This document shows, piece by piece, positions 27,070 to 38,364 of a stretch of DNA of 64,000 nt. Numbering within the stretch: position 1 is the first letter of the stretch; the number at the start of each line of letters is the position of its first letter. The notes beneath the pieces are model-generated. The model saw only the letters and a list, made by a program, of their open reading frames with translations, did no database searches and was not told the origin of the DNA. Source of the stretch: Mobula hypostoma (Eukaryota); the NCBI RefSeq assembly GCF_963921235.1, contig NC_086108.1, positions 21,762,001 through 21,826,000 on the forward strand. Direction: 5' to 3'. The position numbers and the translations under genes were made by a program.

Positions 27070-30000
27070 CTTGATGTCTTGAAGTGGGAAGGAGAACAGC
27101 CAGAGGTTGTGGCTGGTATTGGTACCAACGACATAGGTAGGAAAAGGGAGGAGGTCCTGAAAACAGTTGCGAAGCAAGACCTCAAAGGTAGTAATCTCGG
27201 GATGACCGCCCGTGCCAGGCAACAGTGAGTATAGGAATAGAATGAGGTGGAGGATAAATGCGTGGCTAAGGGATTGGAGCAGGGGGCAGGGATTCAGATT
27301 TCTGGATCATTGGGACCTCCTCTGGGGCAGGTGTGACCTGTACAAAAAGGATGGGTTGCACTTGAATCTGAGAGGGACCAATATCCCAGTGGTGAGGTTT
27401 GCAAAAGCAATTGGGGAGAGTTTAAACTAGAATTGTTGGGGGGTGGGAACTGAACTGAAGTGACGGAGGAAAGGGAGGTTGGCTCACAAATAGAGAAAGC
27501 TTGGAGACAGTGCGAAAGGGAGGATAGGCAGGTGATAGAGAAGGGGCACATTCAGACCGATGGTTAGAGAGTTGCCTATTTTAATGTGAGGAGTATTATG
27601 AATAAAGCAGATGAGCTTAGATCATGGATCAGCACTTGGAGCTATGATGTTGTGGCCATTACAGAAACTTGGATGGTGCAGGAGCAGGAATGGTTACTTC
27701 AAGTGCCAGGCTTTAGATGTTCCAGAAAGGTCAGGGAGGGAGGCAAAAGAGGTGGGGGCGTGGCACTGTTGATCAGAGATAGTGTCATGGCTGCAGAAAA
27801 GGAGGAAGCCATGGAAGGGTTGTCTACAGAGTCTCAGTGGGTGGAAGTTGGGAATAGGAAGGGGTCAATAACTCTACTGGGTGTTTTTTATAGACCACCC
27901 AATAGTAACAGGGACATCGAGGAGCAGATTGGGAGACAGATTCTGGAAAGGAGTAATAATAACAGGGTTGTTGTGGTGGGAGATATTAATTTCCCAAATA
28001 TTTATTGGCACCTCTGTAGAGTGAGGGGTTTAGATGGGGCAGAGTTTGTTAGGTGTGTTCAGGAAGGTTTCTTGACACAATATGTAGATAAGCCTACAAG
28101 AGGAGAGGCTGTACTTGATCTAGTATTGAAAATGAACCTGGTCAGGTGTCAGATCTCTCAATGGGAGAGCATTTTGGAGATAGTGATCACAATTCTATCT
28201 CCTTTACCACAGCATTGGAGAGGGATAGGATAGGAACAGACAAGTTATGGAAATGTTTAATTGGAGTAAAGGGAAATACAGTCTCAGGGAAACATACAGA
28301 AGAAATGTAGCAAATGTTCAAGGGATATTTGTGTGGGGTTCTGCGTAGGTACGTTCCAATGAGACAGGGAATGGATGGTAGGGTACAGGAACCGTGGTGT
28401 ACAAAGGCTGTTGAAAATCTAGTCAAGAAGAAAAGAAAGACTGACAAAAGGTTCAAAAAACTAGGTAATGATAGGAATCTAGAAGATTATAAGGCAAGTA
28501 GGAAGGAGCTTAAGAATGAAATTAGGAGAGCCAGAAGGGGCCATGAGAAGGCCTTGGCGGACAGGATTAAGGAAAACCCCAAGGCATTCTACAAGTGTGT
28601 GAAGAGTAAGAGGATAAGACGTGAGAGAATAGCACCAATCAAGTGTGACAGTGGAAAAGTGTGTATGGAACCGGAGATTGCAGAGGTGCTTAATGAATAC
28701 TTTGCTTCAGCATTCGCTATGGAAAAGGATCTTGGTGATTGTAGTGATGACTTGCAGCGGACTGAAAAGCTTGTGCATGTAGATATTAATAAAGAGGAAT
28801 TGCTGGAGATTTTGGAAAGCATCAGGCTGGATAAGTCACCGAGACCGGACAGGATGTACCCCAGGCTACTGTGGAAAGCGAGGGAGGAGATTGCTGAGCC
28901 TCGTGCGATGATCTTTGCATCATCAATGAGGACAGGAGAGGTTCCGGAGGATTGGAGGATTGTGGATGTTGTTCCCTTATTTGAGAAAGGGAGTAGGGAT
29001 AGTCCAGGAAATTATAGACCAGTGAGTCTTACTTCAGTGGTTGGTAAATTGATGGAGAAGACCCTGAGAGGCAGGATTTATGAATATTTGGAGAGGCATA
29101 ATATGATTAGGCATAGTCCACAAGGCTTATTGAGAAAGTAAGGAGGCATGGGATCCAAGGGGACATTGCTTTGTGGATCCAGAACTGGCTTGCACACAGA
29201 AGGCAAAGAGTGGTTGTAGACGCGTCATATTCTGCATGGAAGCTGGTGACCAGTGGTGTGCCTCAGGGATCTGTTCTGGGACCCCTACTCTTTGTGATTT
29301 TTATAAATGACCTGTATGAGGAAGTGGAGGGATGGGTTAGCAAATTTGCTGATGACACAAAGGTTGTGGGTGTTGTGGATAGTGTGGAGGGCTGTCAGAG
29401 GTTACAGCGGGACATTGATAGGATGCAAAACTGGGCCGAGAAGTGGCAGATGTAGTTCAACCCAGGTTAAGTGTGAGGTAGTTCATTTTGGTAGGTCAAA
29501 TATGATGGCAGAATGTAGTATTACTGGTAAGACTCTTGGCAGTGCGGAGGATCAGAGGGATCTTGGGGTCCAAGTCCATAATCAAAGCTGCTACGCAGGT
29601 TGACTCTGTGATTGAGAAGGCATACGGAGCATTGGCCTTCCTCAATCATGGGACTGAGTTTAAGAGTTGAGTGGTAATGTTGCAGCTATATAGGACCCTG
29701 GTCAGACCCACCTAGAGTAATGTGCTCAATTCTGGTCGCCTCACTACAGAAAGGACGTGGAAACCATAGAAAGGGTGCAGAGGAGAATTACAAGGATGTT
29801 GCCTGGATTGGGGAGCATGCCTTATAAGAATAGGTTGAGTGAACTCAGCCTTTTCTCCTTGGAGTGATGGAGGATGAGAGGTGACCTGATAGAGGTGTAC
29901 TAGATCATGAAAGGCATTGATCATGTGGATCGTCAGAGGCTTTTTCCCAGGGCTGAAATGGCCTAGCAAGAGAGGGCAGAGTAGGAACAGAGGAGATTTC

Positions 30001-30238
30001 AGGGGTAAGGTTTTTTACGCAAAGAGTGGTGAGTGCGTGGAATGGGCTGCCAGCGGTGGTGGTGGAGGCAGAAACAATAGGGTCTTTTAAGAGACTCCTG
30101 GATGGATACATGGAGCTTAGAAAAATAGAGGGCTATGGGTAAGCCTCGGTAGTTCTAAGGTAAGGACATGTTCGGCAGAGCTTTGTGAGCCGAACGGCTT
30201 GTATTGTGCTGCAGGTTTTCTATATTTCTATGTTTCTA
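27070..30238 (+). mobile_element. CR1 LINE: end of ORF1 (SGNH esterase-like) plus degenerate ORF2 and 3' tail
   Basis: IGTNDIG..DGLHLN; DVVAITETW, VFYRPP, NYRPVSLTS, GVPQGSVLGP, KFADDTK; 3' (TTTCTATG)-type tail; stops, frameshifts and an internal deletion near 29115. Confidence 0.95.
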
Positions 30239-30254
30239 ACTCCCCTGACTCTCC

Positions 30255-30465
30255 TGCCACCCACCTACAGTAGGGGTAACTTTCAGTGGCCAGTCAACCT
30301 TCCTCCCAACCAGAATGTCTGGGATGTTGGAGGAAAGGTGTGCATTTGGAGGAAAAACATGGTCTAACACAGAACATGCAAACTTCACACGGATAACATC
30401 TGGGGACATCTCTGGTTTCTGGAGCTGTGAAAGAGCAGCATTACTCCCTGGGCCAGTGTGTCGCC
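30255..30465 (-). mobile_element. Degenerate V-SINE/HE1-like SINE
   Basis: Reverse complement resembles 13310-13630 and 42825-43060. Confidence 0.5.
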
Positions 30466-31414
30466 ATTGTTACTTTGGAAATCCTGGCTTGGTCTTCAAA
30501 CCCTCAATGGAGGGTAAGGATGTGACCGCAGATGAACTTCTTCTGCAGCCATGGAATGTAGTGGATAGAAGATAAAAAATATTTTGGAGACAGCAGGTTG
30601 TAAACCACGCAAATAAGATTGTAAATTGTCAAAATCAGTGTTAGGATTAAAGAAGAGTTGCATGTACATGATTGACTCTGGATTACCTTTGGGCAGATTG
30701 ACCAGTCTGCAGTTGAAACAGTCTTCCTTGTGTAACCTTGCTGAGCTCTGAAGTGCAGTGCCAGTAACACTGCTCACTGTTAGGTGACTGGTGCCTCTGT
30801 GGCAGGTTAACTTTAGGCATGGGTATTGGATGACATCTGAGAGAGGTTTCTAGGTGGTTGCTGTAGTCAGAGACTTCATGAGGGTGAATCAACTGCAGCT
30901 CACTCTCAGTCATCAACGTCATGTGGGATGGGTATTGCTTCTAACATATACTGTACCAGCTTCTTTAGGACACTGACCAGCCAAGTAAGCAGTACAGAAG
31001 AAAAAAGGCCATTGTTGCCTTTTCATTGGAGCCGCAACAGCTTTGAATATGGTTGTGAGGTTGTGCTATTAAGATCATTTTGACAGGTCGAAGGACAGAT
31101 AATGGCAGCATGCCAGGGCATTGTCAGCAGCTCCTGCACTGGCTGAAGCAGGTGTTCAATGAGGTGTTCAGGGGAGGCCAGAGCCGTGGGGTGGTGCTGA
31201 TAGGTATGCACCTGCTCGGGCTAATCCAGGTGCATGGTCTTCAAGTAGATCTGCTACCAAAATGTAACCTGGTGCAGACGATGCACATGTAGTGATGCTC
31301 TAGCCCTTGGTTGAGTCCTTGCGGTGGATATGCTGTTCCTCTCCATTAGCTGTATTTATGCATTACCCATAGAAGGACATCCTTCTATTCTGTCAGATAA
31401 TCGAAAGTGCACTC

Positions 31415-31790
31415 CAGTAACCTGAGGATGTCAAAAACTGTTCTGCAGCCAATTAAATACTTTTAAAGTGCAATTACTTTGAAGTAAAGCAGGAAGCATG
31501 GCTGTCAGCTTGTGTACAACAGGCTTCCACAAACAGCAGTACGACAGTTACTGGATAACCCCTTTTCTGTGGTGTCAAATTGAAACTGCAATGACACCAG
31601 GGATCACTCCTCTGCTTTTCTTTTAAATAATTTAATGAGCTCTTTTATGCCTGTGACAATCTAAATGGAATCTTGGTTTGAAGTCTCATTTCTACCATGT
31701 CAGACCAGATATTTTTGCTTAAATTAATGCAGGAGGACTTGAACCAAAAAGCTTCTGGTTCAGAGGTAAGGGCACTAACAAATGATGCAC
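31415..31790 (-). mobile_element. Old DeuSINE (SacSINE1/AmnSINE-like) copy
   Basis: Minus strand reads atgagacttcaaaccaaga..aaaagagctc..gcagaggagtgatccctggtgtc..gctgtttgtggaagcctgttgtacacaagctgacagcc..ttggctgcag, matching the Deu-domain layout as I recall it. Confidence 0.6.
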
Positions 31791-32050
31791 AATTGACTCT
31801 AAAATAACATGAAGATATCTACGGCAAAAATATAACTGAGATCAAATACACAGCAAACGATTGTCGGATTTTGCTTACGCTCCTATTGGTTGTAGCTGAA
31901 AGGGACAAGCAGTAATGGGCTCAAACAGGTCAGGTGCTGGGCCTGATTGTTCTGAGTATGATTGGACAGTATACTGCGAGTGGCTTGAGTTTAATCTGTT
32001 TAGGTCGGAATTAGAATCAATAGGCTCAATATATTTCAATAGGTACATTT

Positions 32051-32355
32051 TATAGGCATCCGTTAGTCTCATGAGACCATGGATTTGCGCCTTGGAAAGT
32101 TTCCAGGGCGCAGACCTGGGCAAGGTTGTATGGAAGACCAGCTGTTGCCCATGCTGCAAGTCTCCCCTCTCCACGCCACTAATGTTGTCCAAGGGAAGGG
32201 CATTAGGACCCATACAGCTTGGCACCTGTGTCGTCACAGAGCAATGTGTGGTTAAGTGCCTTGCCCAAGGACACACACGCTGCCTCAGCCAGGGCTCAAA
32301 CTAGCGACCTTCAAATCACTAGACGAACGCCTTAACCACTTGGCCACGCACCAAC
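32051..32355 (-). mobile_element. tRNA-derived SINE with CORE-like box and RTE-like tail
   Basis: Minus strand TGGCCAAGTGGTTAAGGC (A-box), TAGTTTGAGCC (B-box-like), GTGTCCTTGGGCAAGGCACTTAACC (CORE-like); ACATTT flanks both sides. Confidence 0.75.
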
Positions 32356-33083
32356 ACATTTAATATCAGAGAAATGTAAACAATATACATCCTGAAATTC
32401 TTTTTCTTCGCAAACATCCATGAAAACAGAGTGCCCCAAAGAATGAATGACAGTTAAACATTAGAACCCCAAAGTTTCCCCCCTACTCCCTTCCTCATAC
32501 ACACAAGCAGCAGCAAGGCAATGGCCCCCCAACTCCCACCAGCAAAAAAAAATCAGCACCCTCCACTGAACACTTAAGCATGCAGCAATCATCAGTAAAG
32601 GCACAAACTAGCAGTACCCCAAAGACTACTCGTTCACCCGGTAATTTGACATACCACAGGCTCTCTCTTTCTCCCTAATTAAGAAAAAAAAGAGGGGAGA
32701 CATAACAAACAACTTGCTTAGTTATGATGCTAGAAGTCTGTTGTGTTGCTTTTTCCAAGCTCTGCACCCAAAGAGTCGGCCCCAGAAAGGCGTGGCTCTT
32801 CGGACACACAACCCACGGAAGCCAACTCACTGCTCCTGATGTTCCGTGTTCTCCCACAACGCTTCAGTCAGGGGTACTGGCCTGGAATCAGCACGTCTCC
32901 AGAGCCATGAAAATCCAGAAACCGAAGGCACGCTCATCTTCCAGGCTGCGCCCTTAGCATATCAAAAAGCAGCCAGTCATGAGTGTTATGTTCTTTATAT
33001 TAATACGTACTGTGGATTAACAATAAAGAATCATATTCTGGAAGAAGTAGAACTTTTATTTACAGCAATAAAACCAAACCACG

Positions 33084-34804
33084 TGTATGGGGTCTCTCTT
33101 TTTGTTAGAGTTAAAATGGCGACTTTGTTATGTTAATCTGGGGAATGCAGCTTTGTTGTGTTAAACGCTGAAGAGAGTTTGCGCTAGTAGTTTGTTTTAC
33201 TTTAAAGTGAGATAGCGGGGTTCTATTAGCCAATGGGTGGTTATGTATCGTTTTGTTTTCGAATACCATGCTGTATGATATGACTGTGGACTGAGTTTTG
33301 GCGGGGAGTCGGTGGAGAGACAGGGAGTCGGAGGAGAGACGGGGAGTCGGAGGAGAGACGAGGAGGATGGTGGACAGGGTTTTTGGGGGGGAGTCGGAGG
33401 AGAGACGGGGAGGACGGTGGACGGGGTTTTTGGGGGGAGTCGGAGGAGAGACGGGGAGTCAGAGGAGAGACGGGGGGTCGGAGGAGAGACGGGGAGTTGG
33501 AGGAGAGACGAGGAGTCGGAGGAGAGATGGGGAGGAGGGTGGACGGGGTTTTGGCGGGGAGTCGGAGGAGAGACGGGGAGTTGGAAGGGATACGGGGAGG
33601 ACGGTGGAGAGACGGGGAGTCGGAGGAGAGACGGGGAGTCAGAGGAGAGATGGGGTGTCGGAGGAGAGACGAGAAGTTGGAGGAGAGATGGGGAGGACGG
33701 TGGATGGGGGTTTTTGGCAGAGAGTCGGAGGAGAGATGGGGAGTCGGAGGAGAGACAGGGAGTTGGAGGAGAGACGGGGAGGTCGGAGGAGAGACGGGGA
33801 GGATGGTGGAGAGATGGGGAGTCGGAGGGGAGATGGGGAGTCGAAGGAGAGACGGGGAGGACGGAGGAGAGACGGAGAGTCGGAGGAGAGATGGGGAGGA
33901 CGGCGGACTTGCGGAGAGGCTCCGGTCGATCACTCCGGGTGGTCCCAAGCCGTGAGTCGACAGGATCCGGGTGGTCGTCAGGAATCGATTGAGCTCCAAC
34001 GGTAGAGCGTGAAGAACTTGGACTTTGATAAGTGTTGGTGCTTTTTTTTTTCATTACTTTCCTCTCGGTATCAAATTCATATTGATGTCATAGAATTAGT
34101 AATATCTATAAAGTGTATTTGTTAAAATTTACTGGGTGTGCTGGCTGATGATTGATGTTTGGGATTGATTTGGGCTGTGACTGACCCTGAAGGGAGTGTT
34201 GAAGCAGGTGCTGGGCGGGATTTCCCCTAGACATACACGAGTCAATATAACGGATCGTTACAAGTGGGGGCTCGTCCGGGATTTGGACTTTTCGGGAAAG
34301 TTGTACTAGTCGTTGCCTTAAGTGGTGTGCAGGTGGATCGAGATAAGATTGTAAGTTGGTGTGAATGGGAGGAGGTACCGGTGAATCATGCGTGCGTGTT
34401 AAGTGGGGTCGAATATCGCATTCCGGCAGATGTACTGGTGCGAGGGTTGAGTCTGATTAAAGGTATCGGGCAGTTAGAACTTATAGCTAGAAGGTATGGG
34501 AAAGAACTGGAGTCCAGCTGGATGTTGGTTTGGATGAGTGCCGACGTCATGACTTTAGAACTACCAGCGACAGTCCAAGTCCCGGGGGAGGCAGGGCCAT
34601 GGGGTCTCCACACCCTCCCCGAGGACGCAAGTCAGGAGGTGCCAGAGGAGGAGCTAGATGAGGCTCCCGGGGGGTGCCAGTGGCAAGGGGTGGAGGTGTG
34701 GAGTGGGAAGGTTTGGCCAGGCCCCGCCCCCATGGGCGTGATGAGACTGCTGAGTTAACTGATTTCCCCTAGACATACACGAGTCAATAAAACGGATTGT
34801 TACA
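33084..34804 (+). mobile_element. Truncated Gypsy element with PNMA-like gag N-terminus, nested in the LTR of the Mag element
   Basis: TGT..ACA LTR 33084-34262; PBS TGGGGGCTCGTCCGGGAT at 34265-34282; gag remnant IVSWCEWEEVPVNHACVLSGV..LPATVQVPGEAGPW; 44-bp LTR end repeated at 34761-34804; TSD CACG/CACT. Confidence 0.85.
33300..33905. repeat. Purine-rich ~19-bp minisatellite within the LTR
   Basis: GGAGAGACGGGGAGTCGGA variants interspersed with GGACGGTGGACGGGGTTTT blocks. Confidence 0.9.
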
Positions 34805-34955
34805 CACTTTTTACCAAGTCATGTCCAGATCATTCTAACATTTCTGCGCATGCTCGGAACTCTCTCCAATCACATTCTTACACGTCATATCACCACATCT
34901 TCCTTTCCTTAGAAAGAAAAACAATTAGCAACATAGACTATAACAAATGCATAAT

Positions 34956-35185
34956 TTAACATGTCTCTATCAGTCTCTCTGGGGGTTTACAAAAATGAGT
35001 AATCTTTCTAAGTGGTTCACACAGTTCTTGTGTTTCATTGTTATTTCCATGTTTTGTCTGGTCTGCATCAGTTAACTGAAACTCTGAAGTTGGCTCTTTC
35101 TTAAGGTCTTTGCAATTTCTTCTTAACACTGCTCCTTCTTCTGTTTGGACCATGTATAATCTGGGTTGCACTTCTTCAATACTGT
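34956..35185 (-). pseudogene. Gypsy integrase C-terminal remnant
   Basis: ATVL..QPRLYMVQTEEGAVLRRNCKDL..KPPERLIE, typical of the Mag-clade integrase tail (PRSY..G..LRRNRRHL..PP.RL). Confidence 0.8.
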
Positions 35186-35575
35186 AGCTTTCTTAATTCC
35201 TTCCACTTCCATTTGTAATGAAATACAAATCTTCTTTTCTTCATATAATTCATTCATTAACTGCGTAATCTCTTCTTTATGCTGAGACTTCATTATTTCA
35301 ATAAAACTTCTCAATTCCTTCACTTGTGCTTTCACTTCTTCAATTGGATCCTGGTTCTTGTCACTCTTTGGCTTCATATCAGTATTGTACTGTACCGGCA
35401 AGTTTGGCCTCTGTCCTCCTGCAGAGGTGAGATTGTGACGGAATGCATGGCCCGTTGATGCATGTGTGTTACTTCCAGAGGGCAAAATTGCAACTCTTGG
35501 TTTTGGTAGCAATGCTTTGTCAGATGCTGGTAACAAAGGGATGGGTCTGGGAGCTTGCTTTATGACTTCTAGCCG
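35186..35575 (-). pseudogene. SH3KBP1: Captured retrocopy fragment of SH3KBP1/CIN85 (C-terminal ~130 aa including coiled coil)
   Basis: IEEVKAQVKELRSFIEIMKSQHKEEITQLMNELYEEKKICISLQMEVEGIKKA aligns with the recalled human CIN85 end [53 protein letters not shown]; upstream SDKALLPKP resembles SDNKASLPPKP. Confidence 0.88.
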
Positions 35576-38364
35576 TTCCATTCTGTCACTGTATTCTGAC
35601 TCTGTGTCACCGTCCAGGACGAAAGCTCTTTTCGCCACATTCAGTCTCTTACAGGCAGATAAACCCAGTATTGGCTGTACATTCTTTGGCACTACCACAT
35701 ATGAAAGCGTGTGCACAATATTTTTGTGTGATATTTCTGCCACACATGTTTCTTTAACTGGAATGTCTGCACCTGAATATCCAGTCACTTTTATATTTGT
35801 CTTATGTAACTTTGGTCTTGGCTTTAATGCATTAAACTCAGATTCTGCAAGAACATTTACTTGTGCTCCAGTATCAAGTTAAAACAGAATATTGTTTTGG
35901 TTCACTTGCAATGGAATAGTCCAGTCATTCTTACTTTGTTTGTTTTCACAAAGCACATCTATATAAAACTCCTCAAGTTCATTTTCAAGCACTACCTTTA
36001 CTTGTTTTATTTTCTTTCAACATCTGCAACAGCATGAAAAATGATTACTCTTACCGCAGTCGTTGCACATTTTCCCATACGCCGGACACTGTTTAAGCTG
36101 ATGCTGCTGCCCACAGCGATCACATAGTTTAATTCTCTCAGGTGACATCTTGCTCTCTGTTGGTTTTGTTGTTGTTTTATTATTTTTTCTAATATGTTTG
36201 CGCTTTTCCACAGATTCTACATTGTAGTTTTTAATGAAAAGTTCACTAGCCTGTGACATCACCCTAACCCTAATCATAACCCTAATGTGAAGCTTTGCAA
36301 AGCTCAAAGCTTTTTCCAAATTTAAATCTTGTTCTCTTAACAGTCTTTCTCTCAGACCATTATCCTGAAAGCCACAAACAATTCTGTCTTTAATGAGAGA
36401 GTTTGTCAGTTCTGCAAATTCGCATGTTTTGCTCCGGTGCCTCAATTCAGTAACATATTGATCAATTGTTTTAGCAGCTCTCCGCGCACATGTAAAAAAT
36501 CTGTGCCTTTCATACGTCAAATTACACTTCAGTATACAAAATGCTTCAAATCTGCCCATTATTCGATTCCAATTTTAAATTATCTCCATCTTCAAAAATA
36601 AAATGATTATACAGGTGTCCCCCGCTTTTCGAACGTTCACTTTATGAAACCTCACTGTTACGAAAGACCTACATTAGTATCCTGTTCTCACTTTCAAAAG
36701 GTGTTTTCACTGTTACGAAAAAAAAGCAGCGCCGCTCTCCCCGGATTCGGAACTGCATTCTCGGCGGCACTGCTTAAGCACGTCTCTGTGAGCAGCCATT
36801 TGCAAGATGAGTTCTATGGTATCGGAAAAGCCTAAAAAAGCTCGTAAGGGTGTTACTCTTGGCGTAAAACTAGACATAATTAACGTTTTGATTGTGGTGA
36901 ACGAAGCAAGGACAAAGTGAGTTTGGCTTGTGGAAGCTGACGAAGATGATGTTGAAGAGGTTTTGGCATCCTATGACCAAGATCTGATAGATGAAGAGCT
37001 GATGCAATTGGAAGAAAAAAGGATAACAATCGAAACCGAATGCAATAGCCAACTGAACATGAAGCAACTGCGTGAGATTTTCGCTGCAATGATAAAGTAC
37101 GACTTTAATTTTGAAAGGGTATGTAGGTTTAAGGGATATTTGCAAGATGGTTTGAGTCCTTACAAAGAACTGTGTGATGGAAAAATGCGCGAGGCTCAGC
37201 AGTCAAGCAAGACTTCTACATCAGCCACAGCAGACGATGAACCTCAACCTTTGACATCGAGGTGGGCAGAGATAGAAGATGACCTGCCTACCCTAATGGA
37301 AACAGACGATGATGAGATGACACCCCAGTGTCCCACCTCCCCAACTCCCAGGCCACGGACAGATACTGATTCGCGGAGAATGCAGCGGTAACCGGGAGGC
37401 ACACAGCACATCTTTGAGAAAAAAGCCGAAATAAGTGTGCTAATTAATTAGGTGCCGCCCGACACGTAATTGTCGGCCCAGATCAGAGACGATGCAATCA
37501 GAAATCGGCACTGATCTGGGCCGACACTTACGTGCCGGGCGGCACCTAATTAATTAGCATGTTTGTTTCGGCTTTTTTCTTAAAGATGTGCTGTGTGCCT
37601 CCTGGCTACCGCTGCACCCCTGTATGCTTCGTGGCAATGTATCGCTCGGCGGCCTGGAGGGTGGAGGGCCACTGCACCACCCAACCTGCAACTACTCAGT
37701 CTAACACACCATCATCAGTGTGCTCGGTGCTGAACCAATTCTGGTAAGTGATACTACACTGTACATACATTATTTCTACTTTATATAGGCTGTGTATTTT
37801 TACGTGTTATTTGGTATGATTTGGCAGCTTCATAGCTTAAAGGTTACTGGAGAGCGCTTGCGCCGTGTTTTTGCCAACAGCGCTTGCGTGAGATTTTCTG
37901 CTGATGGCGCTTGCATGAGATTTTTGGTACAGAGAACAGTGCAGCAATGATTGTGAAAAAGTATTTCTACTTTATATAGGCTGTGTAGTTATCATATCAT
38001 TCCTGCTTTTACTATATGTTACTGTTGTTTTAGGTTTTATGTGTTATTTGGCATGATTTGGTAGGTTATTTTTGGGCCTGTGAACGCTCACAAAATTTTC
38101 CCATATAAATAAATGGTAACTGCTTCTTCGCTTTACAACATTTTGGCTTACGAACCGTTTCATAGGAACGCTCTACCTTCAGATGGCGGAGGAAACCTGT
38201 ATACCTCAATTACGTGGAGTAGAAGCGCAGCTTTCGTTTTTATCCCGTTTTTTATCTGCTCCGATCGCCGATAAATATATTTCAAAATGCTGCTTGCATT
38301 TTCTCCAGTTCTCAGCTACGTTCCCAGTCAGCTGAAGCGTTGGTGGAGGTTGCAAACTTTCCAC
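35576..38364 (-). pseudogene. Gypsy gag-protease, split by the Tigger at 36612-38199 and with in-frame stops
   Basis: ENWRKCKQHFEIYL..KAALLLHVI; YERHRFF..IDQYVTEL..CEF..IKDRIVCG; zinc knuckles CDRCGQQH..CPAYGKMCNDCGKSNHF; protease LDTGAQVNVL at 35878. Confidence 0.9.
36612..38199 (+). mobile_element. Tigger/pogo DNA transposon, internally deleted
   Basis: TA TSDs; TIRs CAGGTGTCCCCCGC / GCGGAGGAAACCTG; MVSEKPKKARKGVTLGVKLDII (psq/CENP-B-type HTH start) joined to C-terminal EADEDDVEEVLASYDQDLIDEELMQLE; gag resumes on both sides. Confidence 0.88.

Noticed and set aside
32285..32355. tRNA gene
   Set aside because: SINE head: continues into the SINE body and has no convincing acceptor stem.
33197..34054. 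190-285 aa Pro/Ser- or Gly/Arg/Glu-rich ORFs
   Set aside because: Translation of the purine-rich minisatellite, open in almost every frame.
34265..34282. Gammaretroviral ERV suggested by the MLV-type tRNA-Pro PBS
   Set aside because: The downstream ORF looks PNMA/Gypsy-like, starts almost immediately after the PBS, and no retroviral MA/CA/env motifs are seen.
35186..35575. Genuine exon of a resident SH3KBP1 gene
   Set aside because: No splice sites at the junctions, lacks the native last residues and stop, and is embedded between Gypsy protease and integrase remnants.
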